Of a stretch of 64,000 bases of DNA, positions 55,989 to 64,000 are shown in pieces (position 1 is the first letter of the stretch; every line of letters starts with the position of its first letter). The stretch lies in the NCBI RefSeq assembly GCF_009914755.1, contig NC_060932.1; one strand, given 5' to 3'. The notes under the pieces were generated by a model. It ran no database searches. It had not been told where the DNA came from and saw only the letters and a program-made list of their open reading frames with translations. The translations under genes and the position numbers were made by a program. This DNA is from the human T2T-CHM13v2.0 reference genome, Homo sapiens.

Positions 55989-56298
55989 GGCCAGGCCCAG
56001 TAGCTCATGCCTGTAATCCCAGCACTCTGGGATGACAAAGCAGGAGAATTGCTTAAGCCCAGGAGTTCAAGACCAGAGTGGGATATATAGTGAGGCCCCA
56101 TTGCTACAAAAAATTTTTTAAACGTAGCCAGGCATGGGAGCACCACACGTAGCCCGAGCTACTCGGGAGACTGAGGTGTGAGTATTGCTTGAGTCTGGGA
56201 GGTCGAGACTGCAGTGAGCCATGATTGTAACACTGTACTACGTGCTGGTGACAGGGCGAGATACTCTCTCAAATTATTTTTTTTCCATTTAACAAAAA
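55989..56298 (+). mobile_element. AluJ with 13-bp TSD
   Basis: Two diverged monomers; TSD TAAATATTTGATG at 55976-55988 and 56299-56311. Confidence 0.9.
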
Positions 56299-57289
56299 TA
56301 AATATTTGATGATTGAAAACTCTCACCAACACATGAACACAAGCCCATCTGCACTCATAATTAACAGGAGACAGGTACTCAACCCATCATTTGTCCTTTA
56401 TTTAACCAACTCAGTGTATTACTATGTGTTCTACCCACTGATAGCAGTTATAAGGACTCTTTTACATTTCTTATTAACTGAATGGACTTCTAAGGAATAT
56501 TTCCTCTTATCAAATGGAGTATATATCTTTCTATTTATTATACACTGTGCTTGCCACAACGCCCAGAGGAAGTCTAAATAACTCAACAATTATATTTATT
56601 ATAAACATCCCAGTAACATTCTTTTCTCTATATGAAAATGAAATAGTGCTTTTAGTACCATTTGCTACCATTTTTTTTCCTGATTGAAAAAATTCAGAAT
56701 CTTCATAAAATTTCAGGGGATCACACACTTACAAAGCTTAGATTAAGGAGAGCAAAGGGCCAAGTTGTGGAGCCCTTAAAAGTGGTTAATGGTTTTAATA
56801 ATTTAATGGTTAAGCAGAGAAGGGGAATTCAGAGAAAAAAGGCAGTAATCAGAGAGGCAAGAGGAAAACCAAGAGAGTAGTGTTACTGAAAGCAAGGGAG
56901 TCATTTCAGAAAGTCATGGGTGGGGACTTTCAGTTGAGATGGTCTGGTAAGACCACATTTTGAAGCGTCGCCTGTGCTCCAAACACATAGCAGTGAGAGC
57001 TAAAATGTGAAAAGAGAAAAACTAAAAATATTCAGCCATGTCCAAAAGCAAGGAAAATATCTCTTTAGACGAGGAGTGGACCAGAAAATGAATGTTAAGT
57101 AGGGATGAAACTCCTGCCAGGTCCAGGAGTTGAGTTTCTTTGCAGATGGGGAACAAAGTGGTCTCATAAATGGAGGGAGGCTGACTTGGATAACTGCTGA
57201 AATTAGGATGTGGGAGAGGGTAAGGAAGCAAAGGGAGTAAACCCAGCCTGGCCAGGATATTGGCTCCATGACTGGGTCAGTTCTGATTC

Positions 57290-58100
57290 ATTTTTTATCT
57301 TCATGATATGTCACATATTCCTGCCTGTTTGCATGCCTGGTAACTTTTGGCTGGATGCCAGACACCATGAATTTTGCCCTTTGGGTACTGGGAATTTTTT
57401 GTATTCCACCAAATATTATTGATCTTTGTTCTCAGATGCAGTTGAGTTACTTGGAAATAATGATTTCTTTGGGTCTTTAAGATGTGTAGAAGGAACCAGA
57501 GCAGTGTTCCTTCTAGAGCTAATTGTCCCCCATTGCTGAGGCAAGACTCTTATAAGCACTCAACCTAATGCACTGGGAACATGAAATTTTCCAGTCTGGC
57601 TAGAACAGATATTATTCCTGGCTCTGTGTGAGTAGCTGGCTGTGTTCCCTTTCATCCTTTTTGGTGGTTCTTCCTTCAGCCTCTGGTAGTTTCCTCACAT
57701 GCTCGTGATGATTGGCTGAATACTCCAAGGGCACCCTCTGCAGATCCCCAGGTTCTTTCTCTGTGCACCTCTCTTCCCTCTGCTACCCTGCCGGGTGAAT
57801 TCTAGCTACTTTGGTCTGCCCAGCCTCTCAGGTCTGTCTTCTCAACTCAGGGAGTGTGTTTGGCTCTCCTGGGTCCCCTTGTCCTGCTCCACAGCGTGGA
57901 AACTCTGTCACGGCACCGGCTGGGACAGTTGTAGGGCTTCCTTTGTTTGTTTCCCATCTCTCAGGGTTCATTGTCCTTCATTACCTCCTGTAGAATGTTT
58001 TAAGAACCATGGTTTGATACATTTTGTCTGTTTTAGGGAAGTTTCAGGTAGAAAGTTAAGTCTTATCCCTGTTACGCAATCTTAGCCCCAGGTGGAAGCC
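57290..58100 (-). mobile_element. Ancient L1M (L1MC/ME-like) 5'-region fragment
   Basis: GCATGCCTGGTAACTTTTGGCTGGATGCCAGACA and GATGCAGTTGAGTTACTTGGAAA signatures. Confidence 0.55.
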
Positions 58101-58217
58101 TTTGGAATGGCACCTTTATAGGAAACGTATTTTATTTTATTTTTGTTTTGTTTTTAAGAGTGATACCTGCTTGAGCATGCTTGTATTTTGAGAGGAAGAT
58201 ACTGGAGAAAAGAAAGA

Positions 58218-58291
58218 GATTAAAGATATTAAAAATATGGGGAGGGGATTAAAGATATTAACATATGGGAAAAATATATTAAAAATATGGA
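58218..58291. repeat. Imperfect short tandem repeat (GATTAAAGATATTAAAAATATGGG-like, 2-3 copies)
   Basis: ATATTAA(A/C)A(A/T)ATATGG-like unit occurs three times. Confidence 0.6.
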
Positions 58292-59484
58292 AATAGTGAT
58301 GGAGCAAATCCCACAGGAAATGGAGGCTGATGAGTTAGCCTTGAAGAAGAGGATGTACATATCTTTTTGCCTGAAATACTGTAGGATGTCTCTGTAGATC
58401 AGTAGAGATTTGTAATGGGAAGTTAAAGAAGTTAGTCCCTGATGGTCTCTGTTTTCTCAGTGGAATATGAATTAAAGTTGTCTACATAGAATAGGTGGGT
58501 AGACATGAGTTACTAGAATCAACAGAAATGGGAAATGTGGGGAATAACCATTCTGGAGAATATAAAAAGAGTCTAAGTAGGGGTAAGGAAATGTATTTCA
58601 AAACAGTGTTAAGGGCTTTGATGACATTGACTGATGAGCACTTATACCCATTAACAAATGTGAAGTTATCTAGCACAGTGATTCACATGGAGTGGTTTTC
58701 AGCTAGAAATAGCTGAATCTTAACAAATTAACCTGTTTATATTTTCAATAGCAAGAACTTGCAAGAATGAACTATTTATGGGACCATTAAGTTTTGATGA
58801 GGTAGAGATGCAATTTAGGAACTTGGAGTTCAGGGGAAATACTCTTGGAGATTTAGATGAAGATTCTACAGTTGGGGACCCATGGTATGCAGGAGGGAGG
58901 CAAAATGAAGCCATACTTTTAACTCTTTGGGGTAGGTGGAGAGGGAAGGATTTGCAAAGTTGCAGTATCACTATATTGCAGAAATGTTGGGGGTGCCACT
59001 GACAGAATATAATATGGAGTGATCTATATATTTCTCAGATCTTTCAGTTGTGCGTTATCTATGTAAAATGGACTTAACGACAAAATACATGAATGCATGC
59101 ATACACACAGACATACATGCAAACTATTTTTCAAAACTTAGGCTCTCTGGAGATATTAGCAGATTTCTTTCAACATATTCCATAGGCATTTGGAACACAG
59201 CAAATTTAGGGTATTTTAAATCAATAATAAACTTATGATTTCTTCATTTTTGCTATAGGGAACTCATTAACATGTAGTTTAACAGGGAGAAAAAGCAGAG
59301 TATGTCAGATTGCACCCCCATACCCTTATATTCTCATTTTAAACATTAATATCCCCCATATTTTACAGATAAAGATATTGGAGTTAAGAGAGATGAAGTT
59401 CCTTGCTGAAGAATACAAAGATAATTGAAGAGGAACTCAGATGTCTAGAATGAGAGTCTAGTGCTCTTGTTGCTATATCATGTC

Positions 59485-59929
59485 CATTATGGTTAATTTT
59501 ATGTCTCACCTTGGCTAGGCCATTGTACCCAGATAGTTGCACAAACAGTATTCTAGATTTTTCTGTGGAGTTTTTTTTTTTTTTTGTATGAGATATAAAT
59601 TTAAATCACTAGACTTGGAGTAAAGAAGATTGCCTGCCGTAATATGAGTGGGTCTCATCCAATCAGATGAAGGCCGTAATAGAAAATGACTCACCTTCTA
59701 GGAAGAAGAGGGCATTTTGCCAGCAGACTGCTTTCAGACTAGAACGCAGCTCTTCTCTGGTCTCCATCCTGCCAGGCTACCCTCCAGAGTTTAGACTTGC
59801 CATCTTCCACAATCGTGTGAGCCAATTCCTTAAAATAAGTCTCTCTCTGTCCTCTCCTCTCTGACACACACACACACACACACACACCCCTTATTCATTG
59901 TGTTTCTCTAGAGTATCCTTACTAATACA
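59485..59929 (+). mobile_element. MLT2 (ERVL) solo LTR
   Basis: ATGGTTAATTTTATGTC.CACCTTGGCTAGGCCA; CCACAATCGTGTGAGCCAATTCCTTAAAATAA; internal (CA)n; ends CTAATACA. Confidence 0.8.
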
Positions 59930-61189
59930 ATGTTCTTGGACAATGCATGTGAAATACTAGAGAATTTAATAAGCAGGCTAAGCTACAATGCCAGGCACTC
60001 TGTGCTTAACTCCAGAGTATTTAAAGTGATAGTAAATCTTCTAGTTCTTGATATTTAGCATTCGTTTTAGAAGTCATAGAAAAATAAGCTTGACCAGGGA
60101 GGAAAATGTTACAAGTAACTTTTATACTTACTTGTGACACAAAACACATTAACTTTTTATATTTAATTCTAATGTTTATACTACTTGGTTGAAAAATACT
60201 AATTTTAATTATAGTATTTTTGCTTTGATAATCATTGAACCTTTCTTTTAATTGAAATATAATTCTCATACCACAAAGTTCATACTTTAAAGATGTGCAG
60301 TTAAGTGATTTCTAAGTATATTCAAAAAGGTTGTGCAACCATCACCACTCTGTAATTCCTAAACATTTGTATCATCCCCAAACAAAACCCCATAACCATT
60401 AGCAGTCATTTCCCGTTTCTCCCTCTTCCAGATCCCCTGGCAACCACTAGTTTATCTGTCTTTGTAGATTCATCTGTTCTGGACATACTACATATATAAT
60501 AATATTCCATTGAAAAACTTTCTATATAATAAGCCACAGACTTTTAATGCCTTGTTTCTTTTACTAAGCATAATGTTTTTTAAGGTTCATTCATATTTTA
60601 GCTTGCTTTTGTATTTCAATTTTATGTGACTGAATTAATATTTCATTATATATAATTATATATAACATACATATAATGATATATATATATACACACACCA
60701 AATTGTAATTATTTATTTATCAATTTATGGGCACCTGGGATATGTCCAATCTTTGGCTATTATGAATAATGCTGCTATGAATATTCATGTACAAGTTTAT
60801 TGTGAACATATGTTTTCAACTGTCTTGGGTATATACCTAATAGTGGAAATGCTGGGTCGTATAGTAACTCTATGGTTAACTATTTGATAATCTATCAGAC
60901 TATTTTCCAAAGTGGCTATACCATTTTACATTCTCAGCAGCAATGTAGTCTCTCCACATCCTTACCAATACTTGTTATTGTTCTTTGTTTTGATTATAAT
61001 CATCGTACTGGGTGTGAAAGTTATATCTTATAGTGGTTTTGATTTGCATTTCCCTAACAGCTAATGAAGTTCAGCATCTTTCAATGTACTTGTTGTATAT
61101 TTATCTATCTTCTTTGCAGAAAAGTCTATTTAGATATTTTTCATTTTTAAATTAAATTTTTTGTCCTGTTGTTGTTGAGTTATAAATGT

Positions 61190-61604
61190 CATTTATTATT
61201 TGTTGAATGTTTCCTCCAAATTGTATATGTCACAAACTTAATCCACAATGTGGCAGTATTGAAAGGGCCTTTAAGAGGTAATTGGATCTTGAAAGCACAG
61301 CTTTCATGAATGGATTAATCTATTCATGGATTAATAGATGAATGGGATAATGGGTTAATGGGCATGGAACTGGTGGCTTTGTAAGAAGAGGAAGAGAGAC
61401 CTGAGCAAGGTTCAGCCCCATCACTATGTGATTCCAGGCCTCAAGATTCTTCAGAGTTCCCATTAGCAAGAAGGCTCTCACCAGATGTGGCCCCTTGACT
61501 CTGGACATCTCAGCCTTCATAACTATAAGAAATAAATTCCTTTTCTTCACAAATTACCCAGTTTCAGGTATTCTGTAATGAGCAGCAGAAAATGCACTAA
61601 AATA
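61190..61604 (+). mobile_element. MST-type MaLR LTR nested in old L1 sequence
   Basis: CATGAATGGATTAATC..TTCATGGATTAAT; AAGAAGGCTCTCACCAGATG; AGAAATAAATTCCTTTTCTT...AGCAGCAGAAAATG.ACTAA. Confidence 0.75.
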
Positions 61605-62094
61605 CTCCCTCAGTTTTTGTTAATATAAGGATGTCTTAATTTCTTACTTAATTTTGAAGGATAGTGTGCTGAAATAGGATTATTGGTTGAAAATTTTTTT
61701 CTCTCAGCACTTTGAATATATTGCCCCACTGCCTTCTGGCCTTTAAAGTTTCTGATGGGAAATATGCAGGTGGTTTTATTGAGGATCCTTTGTAAATGAT
61801 GAGATCCTTCTGTCTTGCTGCTTTCAGGATTCTCTCGTCTTTCTCTCAAAAGTTGTATTATTATGTGTCTTGGTGTGGATCTCTTTTAGTTCATCTTACT
61901 TGGAGTTTGTTGAGTTTTTTAGATGTTTGTATTCATTTATTTCATCCCATATGGGAACTTTTCAGCCATTATTTCTATAAATATTCTCTCTTTCCCATTC
62001 TCCATTCTCCTTATAGAAATCCCAGAATACATGTATTCTGTTTGATGTTGTCCCCCAGATCCCTTAGGCTCTGCTCACTTTTCTTTAAGCATTC

Positions 62095-62385
62095 TTTTTT
62101 CTTTTTCTTTTTAAGAGACAGTTTCACTCTGCCTCCTAGGCTGGAGTGCTGTGGCATGATTATACCTTACAACAGCCTCAAACTCCTGGGATCAAGCAGT
62201 TCTCCCACTTCAGCCTCCCTAGTAGCTAGGACTACAGGCATGTGCCACCATGTTCAGCTAATTTTTAAAATTATCTATAGAGGTAGGGTCTCACTAAGCT
62301 GCTCAGGCTGATCTCAAACTCCTGATCTCAAGGGCTCTTCCTGTTTTGAAGTGCTGGGATTACAGACATGAGCCACTGTGCCCTG
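62095..62385 (-). mobile_element. AluJ inserted in an old L1
   Basis: T-rich tail; CAGCCTCAAACTCCTGGGATCAAGC J-type signature; GTGCTGGGATTACAGACATGAGCCACTGTGCC. Confidence 0.88.
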
Positions 62386-64000
62386 TTTAAACTTTTTTTC
62401 TTTTGTTCCTCAGATGAAGTTGATTTCCATTGTCCTATCTTCACTGATTTTTTTTTCTGCCTGCTCAAATCTGCCTTTGAATCCCTCTAGTGAATTTTTT
62501 TTTTTACTTTAGTTATTATACCTTTTAGCTCCAGAATTTCTCTTTGTTTTCTTTTTAGGTTTTCTATCTCATTGTTGGTATTGCGATTTCCCCATAAGAA
62601 ATGTATTACTTGTATTACTTAGGTTTTTTTGTTTGCCATGTTTTCATTTTCTTCCATAAAGGTATTTTCTAATTTTCTTTGTGATTTCTTTACTGACCCA
62701 TGGGTTTTTAAATGATTGTGTTGTTTAATTTCCATAAATTTGTGAATTCCCCAAATGTATTTCTCTTACTGGATAAGTATTTTGTATTATTTCAGTCCTT
62801 TTAAATTTACTGAGATTTGTTTTATGGCCTAGAATAGGGCCTATCCTAGGGAATGTTCTGTGTATACTTGAGAAAAATGTATATCCTACTGCTGTGGGGT
62901 AGAGTGTTCCTCCAATGCCTGAAAGGTCTGCTTAATTTATGGCTTCCACTGTGATTGTAAGCTGTCAGTTTTCAAGGCTACTATGGAGCTGGAAGAGAAG
63001 AAGGGAATGGGAGTAGGACAAGTTAAAACACAGCAAAGCTTACTGTTCTTACTGATATTCAGCTGTTTTTCTTCAAAAAAAAAATACCCAGATTGCTGCA
63101 GAACTTTGGCTAATTTCTAGCATTCTGAAAATGTTGATTCTGATAATTTTGTGAGTTTTCTCATTGCTTTCATGGGGAAGATTATTTTCGCAAGTCTGTC
63201 ATTTTTGCGGACATCACCTTGTCTTCCACTGAATCTTGATGTATATTTTATATATCATGAGGTCCAATTAAAAGAGCAGTAAATTAAGTACCAGTTCTCT
63301 ACGTGTAGGAAGGAGAATGTTAAGAAGTTTCACATATGTTAAGAAGCTCCATATTTAGTCTTTTCTGAAGTTTCCAATTTTCACTGGCACAAGAATGAGG
63401 CAGAGCAGAGGAACCACTGGGATTCAGCAAGATTAGCTTCACATTGCTTGTCTACCACATTCTCCTATGTAAACCACACTCCTGTGCATTTATATTCTTG
63501 TCTCTCCATCTTCCTCAATAGCTTGTTTCTGACTAGTCTTTCCATGACAGAGGCTGAGTCATTCCCTTGAGAGAATCTGGCCTAAGAACAGCTGTGTCTG
63601 AAAGGCTTTCCTTCTGTATGCAAAAGGAAAAGCTAATTAGAGGGAGGGGTGGGTTTAACTGTTTGTATCTAGGATGATGACAGGTTGATATCTTCTAATC
63701 CTTTTGTAAAACAGTTTTTAGATCAATAAAAATAAATAGAATGTATTTAGTTTCTTTATTCTTATCCTTTTAGTACTTTCACATAAAAAACACAAGCCTC
63801 CCACTACGACCAAGTAGAAGTAGTCAATTAGCATATATTCTGTCAATGAATTCTGTGATGAACCCAGTTAATTTAACTCTTTAAGCAAGGACATAGTGAG
63901 TACCTAGTATGGACTAGGCATATGATTAAATTTCTGCTGCCATTCTCCCAGAATTTCAGAACTCTCCCATTCCTCCTATATCCTGCTTGTGAACCGACTA

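Larger units (their letters stand above)
60243..63215 (-). mobile_element. Fragmented old L1M cluster with nested LTR and Alu
   Basis: GTTGTGCAACCATCACCAC; TTGGCTATTATGAATAATGCTGCTATGAA; GTGGTTTTGATTTGCATTTCCCT; ORF1-like 61610-62090; ORF2-like 62640-62930. Confidence 0.75.
48340..64000 (+). ncRNA. MSC-AS1: MSC antisense lncRNA (5' part; exon boundaries not resolvable from sequence alone)
   Basis: Recalled knowledge that MSC-AS1 overlaps MSC on the opposite strand and extends far beyond its 5' end; supported by strong plus-strand donors CAG/GTGAGC (48910), GCG/GTAAGC (49628) and CAG/GTAATC (49923); start coordinate is an estimate. Confidence 0.45.

Noticed and set aside
61610-62311. 79-aa and 171-aa ORFs
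   Set aside because: Derived from a degraded L1 ORF1 region and an antisense Alu

Overview
Human/primate genomic DNA containing the complete two-exon musculin gene (MSC/ABF-1/MyoR, a bHLH repressor; recalled as 8q13.3) on the minus strand. Its CDS is 49383-48850 + 47952-47866 (206 aa), and CpG islands cover both its promoter/exon 1 and its 3'UTR. The known antisense lncRNA MSC-AS1 is expected on the plus strand from this locus. The rest is intergenic/intronic sequence. It holds a full-length, ORF1/ORF2-dead L1PA4-6-type LINE (25468-31613, with TSD and open ORF0), six Alu loci (one three-armed), MaLR/ERVL solo LTRs, hAT and mariner MITEs (MER30, MER3, Charlie, MADE1) and many old L1M/L2/MIR/CR1 fragments. 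I found no new protein-coding system. The most notable signals are regulatory: a dense CACGTG/CACATG E-box cluster about 4 kb upstream of MSC; an octamer/kB/GAS cluster in the MSC intron; a packed PUM/CPE/ARE/dual-AAUAAA module at the MSC 3' end; a divergent CTCF pair; and CpG-retaining enhancer-like patches. Repeat boundaries and subfamilies were read by eye and are approximate unless TSDs are given.
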